Origin: Lingula anatina
Taxonomy: Eukaryota > Animalia > Brachiopoda
Reading direction: 5' to 3'
Length of the DNA: 64,000 nt
Assembly (NCBI GenBank): GCA_051362555.1
Contig: CM120645.1
Coordinates: forward strand, 7,316,001-7,380,000
Position 1 is the stretch's first letter; every line of letters begins with the position of its first letter. Below are positions 1 to 12,952 of this stretch, piece by piece. The translations under genes were made by a program, and so were the position numbers. The notes below the pieces were generated by a model. It ran no database searches, was not told the origin of the DNA, and was given only the letters and a program-made list of their open reading frames with translations.

Positions 1-494
1 CACTTCGAGATAATAACTTGATTTTTTCATTGTGTCTTCCTCATTTAGGACAGCCGCCGATAACAATAACGGCGTTACAAATGACAAAGCCGCGGCCTGT
101 GACTTCTATTTGGCGGCTTGATAACGCACCTTAAGCCAGGTAATAGTAATGCAACTAAAGACAAAAGGCCGACGTTCCCGCAATTGAGAACGGGAATTCA
201 CATCTTAACCATCTATGAGTAACCGCTCGCAGGGGCGCACTATTGTTCCTATCTCACATTGAGAGTGTTATCGGCAATGATATCCTGATCGTATCATTGT
301 CTTGAATCAACTGACGCATTACCTTCATGTTGGAGCTGGACAACGCGGCCATATTTGGTGACGAACTTTTCAAAAATTATCGAGTAGCTCATTTTCAAGG
401 TCGACGAAGTTTTCAAAGGGAAAAAAATTACGTCGGCGGAAAATCGTCTGCCGGCGAAATTTTCAAGAACGACGAAATTTTCAAGACTTTACCG
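1..494. mobile_element. Probable right end of a non-autonomous DNA transposon (left part outside window)
   Basis: CpG-rich stretch in an AT-rich genome. Repeated subterminal-like motif GACGAA(A/C/G)TTTTCAA at about 360, 404, 453 and 471, ending in CTTTACCG followed by TA. The partner end and TSD are not visible. Confidence 0.35.
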
Positions 495-513
495 TAATTA
501 CACAAGGCTCTAG

Positions 514-730
514 AGAGGATATGCGTCATGTACGTCGAACCCCCCCCCCCCCCCTCCTTTCTGCTCTTGTTATTATTAGGAAACAGCTATGGACACCTAT
601 ATGCAATTAATGTCTGAGAATCATTTGGTAATATCAGTGGTAATAATAAGTTGTTACACAAGAATATGCGTCGAGTACGTCAACTCCCCCACCCCACCTC
701 CTCTTTTTGCTCTAAAATTAATTGGGAAAC
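514..730. repeat. Two diverged ~70-bp direct repeats with poly-C core
   Basis: GGATATGCGTCATGTACGTCGAAC-Cn-TCCTTTCTGCTCT...TTAGGAAAC (514-584) resembles GAATATGCGTCGAGTACGTCAACT-Cn-TCCTCTTTTTGCTCT...TTGGGAAAC (662-730). Confidence 0.6.
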
Positions 731-1882
731 TAAGGGAAATAGGGTCCCACCATCGTTATCTGGCTATTTTCTTTTTTTGTGAAAAAATCAACGGATAACA
801 CGCTTTTTGTTTTCTTGTAGATACATGTATGTGGGCCCATCGCCAACGTTAGTGGGAAGTGTGAACTGCAATCGATTTGCAGAAGCAGGCATGCTACCTG
901 CCATGATGCCGTGTCCGCAAAAGTCGTGTTACTTTTCAGACACATTTGCTAATAGGCTTACAGCTGAACAATAATGATTCCAAGAGGTTTTTCTCTAATT
1001 ATGAACAGCCACGAACAAAGCAATTATGTGACCCCGATTTCTTTACTGCACGCTAAATAAATGTGACATGACAACAACATGCAAAACAAATAGAAATCTA
1101 CACACGAGGAAAAACATAATTTATAGTCTTTGTTGTATTTTTTTTTTAGAATAACAGAAAAACAACATCAGCAAGTCTAAGAAGAGTTGCATTTCCTATA
1201 AATATTGATATACAAATATATATTTCTTAGCCCTACATCAAATAGACTCTGTTCCCTGACTATAACAATTTGGAAAATGAAAAATAGAAACACAATACCT
1301 GATGATATTTCCCAATAGGGGCATCAATATTCCTTCTACATCGGTTTGCTCCGGACTTAATAGAATATGCTGCAGATATGACATCGGTTGACTAAATGTT
1401 CAAAAAATACGAAATCTACAACTTATAGACCTACTTGGTTACGCTGTGGTTAAAAATATTAATCCTGAAGAAGTAATATAGTATGGTAAATTGCAACATT
1501 GCACCAGCTGTCTAAAGTACAGTTATCAAATATATGTACATACTGGTGATGATATCACGAATGAAACCTTGACTGTATAATGAAAATAAATGTACTGAAA
1601 ATATGGTGTGCGTTACTATACGAGCATGTGCAAAATCTGTAAAAAAAATCGCTATCTCAGTTAAACATTTTAAAATTTACATTTGGACACGATTGTTTGA
1701 TCGTTTTTATTACTGTCTTACGTTTGAAAAAGTTCCTAATCCCACCTTCACAGACAAGGGGCCTTTTTATGAAAGATCCTGTATGTCAAATGACGCACCG
1801 TTTTCAGTAAAAGTAAATGCATTTTCAGTAAAAGTTTTTTTACAAACACTTTCAACAATAAGTTCAGTCTAATAACCTTAAT

Positions 1883-3022
1883 TTAAATGAAATTTTCCTC
1901 AACGGTAACTGAGTTTTGTCTAAAACTTCTTCTTATTCTGTCAGTGAAGTCAGTGAGACGCTTTCGAACCACTCTTGTTCGTAAACTATAGATGAAGGGG
2001 TTTAGAAAACTGTTTATGAGGCTTAACGCCGTGGTGACCTGCGCAGCCCCATACGTCTGACCAGATATTCCCAGCTGCGAAAACAATCTATTTGATATAA
2101 TTGCCGGCAAAACGCTAAGAATATACACGCCCAGAAGAATTAGGCTTGAACAAATGACATGCTCGTCTTTTTGGACAAGTTTCACATAATGCTCATCTGC
2201 CCCTTTCTTTATAGTCATCACATCTGTAAACTCGGCTGCCAGTGATTCTTCAAATTGCCTTTTTAGTGGATTTTCTTGCACGGACCCGGGCTGATCACTT
2301 GTTGTAAAACTTGTTTCCACGGTTTTTGAATCGGTTATTGTACTGACACTGTAGCCAGTAACGTAGGGTTTTATTGCCAGCCGTTGTCGCATAAGCTTTC
2401 TAAACACGGTGATATAACTGACTAACATAACTATGCCGCAAATCAGAGCCAGCGGTACCAAAGCTGACACGGTAACTTCGCCTTGTCCTTCGTGGTGACA
2501 CTCAATAACGAACGGGTACTCCTTCTCTCTCAAGACATCCAGCGCCGAAACTCCAAACCCTACCACCCACGGAAAAACAATCCCGGCTTTCATTGTGGCT
2601 TTACTTATCTTTCGGTGTGGGTGACAGATTTTATACGACCGGAGCACGCTTATGTTGGCAAGAATGACCATGTTGACCGCAGGACCGAATATGATGCTTC
2701 GGACTATATCACATTTTGAGAAGAACGAGCCACCCCACCACCATACCAGTAATATGGAAAACGGTGCTGTAAAGACGCATATGATCAGATCGATCACTGC
2801 CAGATTAACGTGGAAGGAATTGTCCCAAGTTTTCAGAATGGGCGTGGTTAGAACGATGATTACCACGCTGATGTTTCCAGGTGTTCCGAATACGAATGCC
2901 AAAATTGCTAACACAGTCACGGTGATTCTGGCCCATTGTGTGTCGTCATACATTCCGAGTCCATCTGAAAGTCCCGTCTGGTTGTCAATGAAAAGTGACA
3001 TATTCACTTCTTTCTGGTCCAT
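1883..3022 (-). CDS. Single-exon rhodopsin-family (class A) orphan GPCR, about 379 aa
   Basis: Seven hydrophobic segments. TM1 GN (PGNISV), TM2 NLAVID, TM3 Cys, TM4 Trp (FPWVV), TM7 NSFLNPFIY, basic helix 8. The ORF-track start at 3046 is TTG; the first ATG (MDQKEV) is at 3022. Confidence 0.9.
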   Translation of the reverse strand: MDQKEVNMSLFIDNQTGLSDGLGMYDDTQWARITVTVLAILAFVFGTPGNISVVIIVLTTPILKTWDNSFHVNLAVIDLIICVFTAPFSILLVWWWGGSFFSKCDIVRSIIFGPAVNMVILANISVLRSYKICHPHRKISKATMKAGIVFPWVVGFGVSALDVLREKEYPFVIECHHEGQGEVTVSALVPLALICGIVMLVSYITVFRKLMRQRLAIKPYVTGYSVSTITDSKTVETSFTTSDQPGSVQENPLKRQFEESLAAEFTDVMTIKKGADEHYVKLVQKDEHVICSSLILLGVYILSVLPAIISNRLFSQLGISGQTYGAAQVTTALSLINSFLNPFIYSLRTRVVRKRLTDFTDRIRRSFRQNSVTVEENFI

Positions 3023-5217
3023 AATCAGGTTGAAGATACACACCAAAACCCAACTGCACCTTTTTTTCCGCCGTCTAAATTGAAATATCTCAGCACGACT
3101 TGTGGAGGTGCGACTGTTTCGATTCCTTGAATACCCAAGTTACCATTCAACGCTGCTGATTGGATGAACACATTTTCATACCAAGTGCATACAGTTTTTC
3201 ATAGGTGTTTCATCGGAGACTCACGACGTCAACGCAATAATTGGGCACCAATAGCTATGAGGCTACTGAAGTAGCTAGCCGATATCGGATCAACATTTTC
3301 ATTAAAAAAAACAGTTGGTTCAAGGTTGCCAACTTCATCCTTCATATTTGCCAGTTGACTCTGTCATTGCCAACAACTAGTATTTATATTTGTGCATGCC
3401 ATCTACTATTGAAAACAAGGCAGCAAAGCCGTCAAATGGACAGACACAAATGTAAAACCTGATACAGTGCCACCGGTATCTTACCTTACCAAAAGGCCGC
3501 AGGTTCTGTCTGCCCTGCACCGCAGGATCGGACAATAGAGCCCGCATAATAATTGTAGGGTAGGAGCATCGTTAGGTCATCCTTATTGAAAACCCAAATT
3601 AGTCTGCTCAGCGAACACACATTACTCTTTCTTTATTGCCTCATGCTAGTTTTCCTCAATCGCTAATGCCAAGTTATTCGTTGTATGTTTTAAAACATGG
3701 CAAATTGCCTGGCGAAAAACTTTATAACCTTCATTTTACATTTATGCGGTGGTGTCTTTCATTCGTAGTCCTTCTTCTCATAGACAAAATATACGCAAAC
3801 GGATATGATCGCTAAAGAGGCATCTTGGAATAGTGATGGTTTTATAAAATAGTGACTCTCGATTTATACCGTTCCCTTGGCAGGTGACACGATGATACAA
3901 AATTGGTGTAATAAACATGTCATGTTTTAAAAACACCTTATGCCATAAGAGAAGAGAGTAACCCAGATAGGCACACATACCGGTAGGCACGTGCCAGTCG
4001 ATTGATAAATTGGTACAATTTAATACTTTGGATTGAGAAGCGCCATCGGGCTACCAACATATATGGTAATATTTAACAAATAAGTAAGTTTATCTACACC
4101 GTGAGATGATATTTGGAGAAATTAATTTTAAGGCAGGCGTTTGATTTTAAGGTTACTCTCAGGATTTTGTTTGTCATCAAACTACCAAAAATGTTTTTTT
4201 TTGTTTGTGTCTTATTATTCAACAATTCATCTACCATTTGCTGATTAAAACAATAAAAAACCCTCATAAATGTAAAATGTCGGCGTTCACATTTCTCGAT
4301 GCTAAGCACAAGCGCAAGCATCTCGGAGCGATTATCGGTAATTTTACAGCTTTCTATTTTGTGAGGTGAGTAAGCAATCGGTCTGGGGCTTCACTTCTTC
4401 CTCGAACAAGATTTTATCACGAAAATTGGCATAGTTGACCACAAGTGTATAGGCTTCATTGTCGTGCCGTCATTTGGGTTTTTTTAATGTTTTTTTATCG
4501 TTTTAGAGAAATCAACGGTGTTATTAAATTGGCGGTGTTGTGGGTGCTCAGGTAAAGGAGAAATCTGAGAAACCCAAAAGCGCAATTGTGACGTCATTGG
4601 TAAAATGATATTTGTGTACATGCAATCCATTTAAGTCAGTGAATCATCCAAGAGTTTTTGTTTAACTAACCTGACAGTACCCTTAAACTCAAATGAACTG
4701 AAAAGTGATAATGTTAAGACGACACGTGCTACACAGTTCTCATTGTGTAATGACCAGAGCTTAATTACCTTGTTTACCTGGTAAGCATTAAGCTCACCTG
4801 AACAGATAGATAATTATTTTGAGGTGAGGCATGTCCAACAATGAAGCTGATCCAAGAGATTGTTATCCAGCTGATGAAATCAATTTTGTAAAAAACTCAT
4901 ATTATTATTTTCTTACTTTCATAATAATTATCATCATCATCTTTATTTTTAGAATAAAAATAATTATCAATATTATGAAAGTCTATCCTTACTGCTGTAT
5001 GTTTGTACTGTTATAATGTACCAATGACAAGATGTCACGGTAAAAATAATCCTAACTGAACTATTCACCTGTCAACAGGGAGTCAGCTTGTTAAAACCCA
5101 CGTCATCGACGGCTAATTGGTCTCTCAGGAGTGGCTCCAGCTGACTGACAGGAAAAGTGAAGAAAGTATGCTGCCAGCTTTGACATCATTGGTGTAATGG
5201 TAACTTGTGTACATACC

Positions 5218-6188
5218 CAGGCCTTCCCAACTACCAGACTCGGCACCTACGGGTCCAGAATAAACCGGTATATCTGACCACACTACCCGTTTTCAAGGTG
5301 TGTGTCAGATCGCATAAAAGAGTATCATACCCTATCACAAATTCTGTAAGCCTACCTGTCATCCGGGTATCGCGCCTCGTTTTCGTCAAGTAGGAGTCGC
5401 ATGAATACAACAGACGACTCCCTCAATCAGGGGGTGAAAACGCGCTACTTATATGATTAAGACGAGCCTAGCCGTCAGTACCGGTTATTGTTTCGTGACC
5501 TTGAGGAGCAATTAGGTTTGGTCGTTGCGGCACGCATCAACAGTAGTTGAACTACCACACCTCGGTCTTTTGTTTTTGACAGCTGTTCACTCGTCATCGA
5601 GGCGCTTGTTCAAGACTACAGGCTGATATCTACTAGTACTACCAGTGGCTTCATTAGTAACGTTCCCACAATACTTAAGTTTTCTGTCCGTGCGTACAAA
5701 CCCTGAAAAAGGACAGCCTCGCTGACGAGAACAATGGACGTTTCTCACCCCTCTCTAGGATTAGGCCCTACCCCTGCCCTCAATCTCGTCCATCCCGGTA
5801 GTCACGAAAATATTTAACCCCCGACAGAATATGCTTCTGCTATCAAAATTAGGTCTACTTTTCTAAATTAATATATAAGTTTGCAAGTTCTTATTTACAA
5901 AACATCAATGGCTATGTCCGAACCTAAATTTTATGTTAAAAATTGCGGTACTGTCAGATTTTAGCATAAACAGAGAAAATTGCAGCAGCGCATGAATCTA
6001 GATGAGATGCACTACTTTCCAACCCCGCTTAGGATCATTGCTATCACATCGCGCACCAGGCAAAATCGGTGTGGTGGCTGATACTCTGTAATGCGATCTG
6101 ACACACACCTTGAAAACGGGTAGTGTGGTCTGATAAACCGGTTTATACTGGACCCGTAGGTGCCGAGTCTGGTAGTTGGGAAGGCCTG
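5218..6188. mobile_element. Non-autonomous TIR DNA transposon (971 bp), CAGG termini, 5-bp TSD (hAT5-like)
   Basis: About 95-bp near-perfect terminal inverted repeats (CAGGCCTTCCCAACTACCAGACTCGGCACC... at 5218, reverse complement ending at 6188). Flanked by ATACC at 5213-5217 and 6189-6193. Confidence 0.85.
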
Positions 6189-6763
6189 ATACCGGTGTCC
6201 AGGTATATGGAATCCAGCAAAACATGTCCTCAACTGCTGTGCACTCGAATTTATTGTCTATAGTCTATGGGCCAAATGCTGAGCCCCCCTCCCCCCTTAC
6301 TGACTTTCAGTCATTATGTTTTTCTGATAGCTCCTCACCTTTTATTTATAGCTTATTATCCATAAACTGGTGGTGGGTGTGGGTGTCAAATGAAACCTCG
6401 ATTCACTTCGGAGAGAAAAAACGTTTCAGCATGACGTCCCTATATGTTCTTTGGGTAATTGCACTTTATCATCCCTGATTTGTAAGGGACGAATGCTTGT
6501 TCTTTTAAAGGTTATCTACCTCTCCTTATACACGGCAGCTGATATAACAATTATTTCCACTCCATTATTTCCTTGTCTCACAAAACACCTTCATCAGAGA
6601 ATAAGGTTACAGGTGTTACAATTGCCTCTACCTAGGGTAGGATAACAGTGCATTTTGTTTGCTCATCAAATTCATAAAAGAAACAACAGCACGCCTAGCC
6701 CATGCTCAATTTGACTTTGGGAAGAGACAATACGACAATAGGATTGTGCATAAACATACATAG

Positions 6764-6871
6764 CAGGCCTACCCAACTACCAGACGCGCACCTTGAAAAC
6801 GGGTAGTGTGGTCTGATATACCGGTTTATTCAGGATCCGTAGGTGCCGCGTCTGGTAGTTGGGTAGGCCTG
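6764..6871. mobile_element. 108-bp minimal MITE of the same family as 5218-6188
   Basis: Starts CAGGCCTACCCAACTACCAGACGCG and ends CGCGTCTGGTAGTTGGGTAGGCCTG. The interior is the same TIR sequence. Flanks are CATAG and TATAG (4/5 match). Confidence 0.8.
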
Positions 6872-6910
6872 TATAGGGTGCCCACGCGTCAGGACCCGTA
6901 TTGAAAGATG

Positions 6911-7023
6911 CCTTCAAACTGTTGCCATAAAACACCTTCAAAGTCAAACTGTTGCCACAAAACACCTTCAAAATCAAACTGTTGCCACAAAACACCTTCA
7001 AAGTCAAACTGGTGCCACAAAAC
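6911..7023. repeat. Minisatellite, 30-bp unit, about 3.7 copies
   Basis: Unit ACACCTTCAAAGTCAAACTGTTGCCACAAA, also visible as periodic spurious ORFs. Confidence 0.9.
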
Positions 7024-7093
7024 CCGACCAAATGCCACCATAGTTTCAAATATCATAACCTTAACAAATAGCAAAGGGCACCGTTTCCTGTTT

Positions 7094-7094
<1 letters not shown>

Positions 7095-7143
<49 letters not shown>
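7095..7143. repeat. Poly-A tract (about 49 nt)
   Basis: Direct observation. Confidence 0.95.
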
Positions 7144-7145
<2 letters not shown>

Positions 7146-9429
7146 TCTAAAGCCAATGTCTAAAGGTAGATGCATAGAGCAGAAATATGGACATGATAAA
7201 AGATCTAGGAAAAAGAACAGAAAAAGAAAAGTTAAAACATGGACACTCAGTGGATTCAGAGGTGAATATAGGAGATAAAATGACAAAAATATAAAGGCCA
7301 ATATGCAAAAAGATAAAAACAAGACATCACACAAAGAACTTCCATTTACCAAGGGTCTTTCTGAGCGCTAACAAAGTCCATTAAACCATATCCTTGTTTA
7401 AAAGTAAAATTCATGTCTGTCAGACACTATCACGATTCCGTGTTGTTCAGTTGTCACCATAGTGGGTGTAGTCAAACAACAAGTACACCATCTAACATTT
7501 CAAATAATACATTTATTTCTGAATATGACGTACAGATGCCAATTGGTGTATCAATGCAATTATAAAACAAGTGTTGCAACAAGTGAAGGCGAAGATAACA
7601 CATCAAAACTTGAACTCCTCCTCGTTAACCATTAATTTCATGCTTCATGGACTGGGAGTGGAGGGAAAAAAAAACTAGAACAGGACTCAGTGAAAACCCC
7701 TGCCAAGGTAGCTCAATTCTCATTAATTAATGTATCAACACCAAAACATACTCAATTTACAGCTAACCCATTTCTGACCCATCCCGTAAATTTTTATCAA
7801 AATCCATCCATAACTGCATGAGTTTCATTGTTCACAAAGACGCCATAAAGGCAGAAACAATTATTACTTCCTTGAAAAATCCCAGGTGTGCCGGCTTGGG
7901 TTCCATTACAATCGACCACAAATATACATCATAACACCATCACGATAAATGTCTCCATTTCCAATTAGATCAGCACTGTAACTCTTGTGAACTCATGGTG
8001 GAATAATGTTGAGCTTCACATTACCTCATCTCATTTGTACCATATATTCTACACATATCCATCAGACAACCAGTTTCTCATTTCCTGGTTTCAAGCCTTC
8101 TAAACATCCTCTCTGCTGAATTCTACAGAAAAGATACTTATATTTCATTCTCCCATTAGTTTTTTTTATTCACAACTAATGTGTGGAAAATTTCCATTGA
8201 AAAAAAAAGGGGGAAAAAATATTAACATTCTATTCAAAGAAATTACAGTCAAATATATGGAAAAAAAAATTCAAGCAAAAATGCTACTCAATATTTAAGA
8301 CAAAGAAGAATTTAAGTTTGAACACAGAATTAAAAAATACTTTTGGAACCAACTACAATGCATTCACCTAATATATCATTGTGCAAAGATTGAACTTGAA
8401 CCATTCAGCTGTCAGGAAATGATTGATACCTTTTTCCTTGACAGGTTGAATATATAAACTCATTTTCATCAGCATTGGAATGAAACCGACCTTTATCATA
8501 TCTGAATTGATGAAATTAACATTTTTGCAACTCTCTGCCCAAGGATCATTATTCCTTATTATCCAAATCAGAAGCCACTAAAATATAAAACCGTCTTGCA
8601 GCTAATTCTAAAAAAAGTGATGAACAATATGTTACAAACACACATCTCTATCTTCATGCAAGTACATCAAGTGTAATTCCACACTTGGACATCATTATGA
8701 AACCATATTGGTTATAACTTGAAATTCATCATAAATGTTGTCAAAACTAAAACTGCTCATCTTAATTTTAATTTTTTTGCCATAAATTATAAAATATTGT
8801 TAAATAAACTATGAATAAAAATAGGCATACTATCAACTTTTTAATTAAAAAAAGGCACTTTATTCTAAAACACAACAAGTTACATCTGAAATTCAGCAGA
8901 TGAATAAAAAGTACCAGTCACAATTAGTTTTTTGTTAACATGCAAAATGGTAATTCAAAACCTGAATAATTCAACCCCGTGTGTAGGTAAAAATTATCTA
9001 TTTGAATAATTAAAGTTTGTCTCATACAACTCGTACAAAAAATGCAAAGCAATGCTTATCTTGAATGAGTACCTCATATTCACTAAAAATATTTAAAAGA
9101 AGGACAACTTCACCGTTTTCTTCAGTTTTAAGACAAATCATGTCTTTCTAACTGGCTAACTAATGGATGTGAACAAACAACCTGGAAAATATCCAATCAT
9201 TTCAAACACAGACATGTAGTCACATGTACACAGAATCTACTTCATCTAAAACATCAAATTTTTTTAATATTTAGCCCTCCTAGTGACACACAACACAACA
9301 ATCTAGTTCTTTAACTCAACGCTACCTTGTAGCCCCTATCTTACAAAGCTTATTTCTATGACTTCCTTGACTACAAACCTACTTCTTTCACCACCCTTTT
9401 ACTACCTACTTCCTATAAAAATAAAGGCC

Positions 9430-10094
9430 TTAAAATAAATACTTCCTACAATTTTTGGCTCCACACTGGCAAACCATGCGAAACGTTTCAGTGGCAGGCA
9501 CGGGGTCTTCAGCGCCCTCAGAGGGGTAGAGAGATCCAGGGCTGGCACACGTGGTGATGATCTCCGAGCCTTCCTCTGTCACCGTTGTCTCCAGGATGTC
9601 GTCAGCCGTGGGAAGAGCACAACTGGGCTGAGCTTGTTGGCTGGTATCCCCTATGAGAGGCAGAAAATAAAAGTAAGCCTTGATATCTTGTGTGCTTTTC
9701 TAATTACTACTTTAAACCAAGGTAATTTAGCCAAACTTTCAGGAAAATACTAAATATTTTATTGGTTTTGTCCAAACATATTTCTAATTGAGTTAAAATC
9801 TTCATTAGCCTATATTGTACAGCCATTTGGAAAAAAAAAATTAGAGTAATGCCAACCAGTTTCCCCAGGGCTTGAAGACCTAAAAGATATGAATCCAGCC
9901 TGAATGCAGTCTGGCATGTTATGGTCATAATACTTACCAGTCATCATGTAATCAAAAGTGAGCTCTTCTCCTTTGGCAATGTCTCTCTTGGCAAACAGGC
10001 ATATTCTAGGTAATCTAGGGTCCAGAGTATTAATCCATACTCCATACACTGCCAGGTTAGGGTCACACTGGGAAACAAGGAAATGATAGTTCAG

Positions 10095-10140
<46 letters not shown>

Positions 10141-12952
10141 AGAGGAAAGGAAGGAGGAGGAGGGGGGGGGGGGCAGGGAGAGAGTGCATAAACATTGTTC
10201 AAAACACTGACATATTACCTAGCCAAATACTAGTAAGAGTAGTCAGAATATTAATGTATCAGCACCAGCTATAGAACAGAAGGGGACTCGATTGTCACAA
10301 ATCAATTATGATTTTAACAATGTTTTACCACTGAACCTAATAAATCATTTGAATGATCTGTAAACTGAGGGTTATGAATAATCTGTAAACTGAGGGTTTG
10401 AGCAAAATTAATCAACTATTAAATAAATACAAAGATAAAGTATTAATTCTTTTTACAAAGAAACAAGAAGGTATCGACAATATATTTACTGAGTGGTTAA
10501 CAAAATGCGAGACGTTTCCATAAAAGCCTGCGTCTACAGTATAGGGACAGTCTCCATCATTATAATCCAGATCAAACAGGTATGTCCTCCCTTCAGCATC
10601 ATAGACTCGGCCACGTTTCTCAGCTTCCTCATTTGTGATCACCTGAAATTTAAGAAAAGCATCAAAATGTCTCATAAACTGATATCACTTCACAGTAAGA
10701 ATAGTGGGGTACCTTTCAAGATACTGAATGAGTGGAGGACCTGCAATGCAAGAAATTTACCAATTCCCCGAATTCTGTGCTGTTCCAAAGTATTAGTTTC
10801 TATTGGTCTATGTTTTCATGTGATTCATTATACATGTATGCATTTTCACATAAACCTTGCCAGTCCAAGGAAAATGTATTAACAAAATTTTTTCAGGTCC
10901 ACTGGCATTTCAAGCGGACATGACTATTTGGACAGGCAGTTTCCCTATGTCTGTAACTATATACTTTTTTGTAGTCTAAAGTATGTATACCATTCTGAAC
11001 AAACAATCAAGGATATTAAAACTTAGGGAAGTCCTACAGTTACAAGGCCCATTATTTACAGAGAAACTTAAGGTAAACACAGCAAGAACAGGACACAACT
11101 TTGTCCTTTTTTGATTATATGTACACCTACCTCGCCTACATACTCCATCACAAAGGACCCCTTCTTAATCTTCTGCTTGGTCTTCACGCCCCAACCTCGA
11201 CCATTGTGGGTACGAAAAATGCTGACCTTAAACTTGCGTCCATGCTGCACGACGCGATTGGGGCACTCAGGGGGGCACGCACACCTCTTGTTGCACTCGT
11301 ATATGGGGGTGCCGGGGGGCACGCGTAGACGTCCCGACGATGGATGATATGGGTGACTGGCACCACTGTTAGCAGGGCAGCACTTTTTCTTCTCGTCGGC
11401 ACAGTCGGTGCATTCACACCCTACTATAGGGTCCTGAGGAATAATCACCCCTTCTCCGGCCTTGTAGTCATCAATAAAGATAAAGTTATCAGGGGGGCCT
11501 TCTAGATCAACATCATTCTCTACCAATATAGGGGCAGGGTCTGTATTTTTAGCATTGAGTTCACGCTCCCAGTCCTTGAGAGCTTTCTGTATGTCCGCCT
11601 TCCTCTGTTTGTACCACTTGCTGTTTTTGGAGTATGTCTGCCCCCCTCTGCGGGGTTTGTGTGGCTTGCTGTGCTTCGTCATGGCACTCTGGACCCGAGA
11701 CAGGCCTTTGCCTTTGGTGGGGCTCTGAGAAATCCTGAGTAACTTAAGAGGTGATATGGTTCTGTTTTTGGAAATCTTGGAGAAGAGGTCCTGCAGCTTT
11801 CTTCGCTTGCTGTAGCTCTGGTCGTCGTCTGAGTCAGCCTCTCGTTTTCGCTTGGAAGGTTTGTTTAAGTTTTCTTTGTATGCCTCTAGTATTTCTGGGC
11901 AATTGAGGTTTTCTTCAGGTTCCCAAGTGTTGTATGATACTGGCCATCCTCGCCACTTGATGAAATAATACGTCACACCCTAAAATATATAATTTACATA
12001 TTACGACAGGATTTTCTATAAGACTGATGCTAAATGACATGGGAACAAAATCCAAATGGTAAATACTGGTACAATTTTTCTGATTAAGCTGGAAAAATGT
12101 CTTCCACAGCTATCAAATTATGACACTTTTTTTATTTCTTTTTCTTTCTTTCAAGAATCAACTTCATACCCATGATTAACTTACATCTTCTTCTGCATGG
12201 TCCAAAATGGTCTCTACTTCAAAGTCATCATCACTGTTCCATTCTATTTCTCCATGCTCCACCACTAATACAGAATACATATACATCATCTATAAATCTT
12301 AATATGATATAAAACTCTTGAATAAGTCTGATGTGGCATTTTCAGTTATAACTTCACATTACTTACTTAGGAAGCATTGACATTTTTGTTCTGATAAATA
12401 TACATGGGGTGTTTGAAAATAACATAATGCTTCAGTTATTGAGGTGATTGGCATAAATATATATTTGAGGAACACATGAAAACTGACCCCCCCCCCAATG
12501 GCATCAAAATGTTGACGATGCAATGTCGAGGGGGGAGGGGTCATCAAAATTTCTTGGTATCAGGTTGCTGTTGGGAGTGAAACCCCTTTCCCAACACTTG
12601 ACCAACTTAATGAAGCAGAGAAACTATATTAACAGTGAAACTAAATTAACCACTTTCAGTACACAATCGAAGAAAGAGATCTTTTAAAATGCTTTTGAAT
12701 TTTAAAAAGATTTAAATTCTCCATGGATAGAATTTAGCTGTTCAAAAGCAGCAATCTACTGAGAAAAATGCCGCACTTACACTTATGGATCAGTTTTTGG
12801 GCCATCCATGGTCCCAGTTTCTTCAACATCAGATAAAGCAGGTACTCGTTCGTCTCCTGAGAAAATTTAAGATTTACTTTCTGGCATGCACGTTGGAGAT
12901 CGGGGATGTTGCACAGGCAGGCCACCTGTACTTTCCTGCACTCAACCTCCAT
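9430..12952 (-). CDS. SUV39H: Histone H3K9 methyltransferase Su(var)3-9/SUV39H, 6 coding exons, about 534 aa
   Basis: Exons 12952-12781, 12264-12185, 11979-11131, 10642-10490, 10067-9938, 9650-9430 join in phase with GT-AG. Chromodomain (FEVETILD...YFIKWRGW...NTWEPEENL), Cys-rich pre-SET, SET (GRGWGV, FVNHSCDPN, ELTFDY) and post-[16 protein letters not shown]. Confidence 0.95.
10098..10134. repeat. (GA)n microsatellite in a SUV39H intron
   Basis: Direct observation. Confidence 0.95.

Noticed and set aside
1883-3022. GPCR as an opsin
   Set aside because: TM7 has Leu, not Lys, at the retinal-binding position.
6911-7023. Periodic repeats as a possible CRISPR array
   Set aside because: Head-to-tail 30-bp units without unique spacers, in a eukaryotic context with no cas genes; it is a minisatellite.
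5205-7049. Three similar short ORFs (GLPNYQTRHLR...) as a peptide gene family
   Set aside because: They are translations of the transposon terminal inverted repeats.
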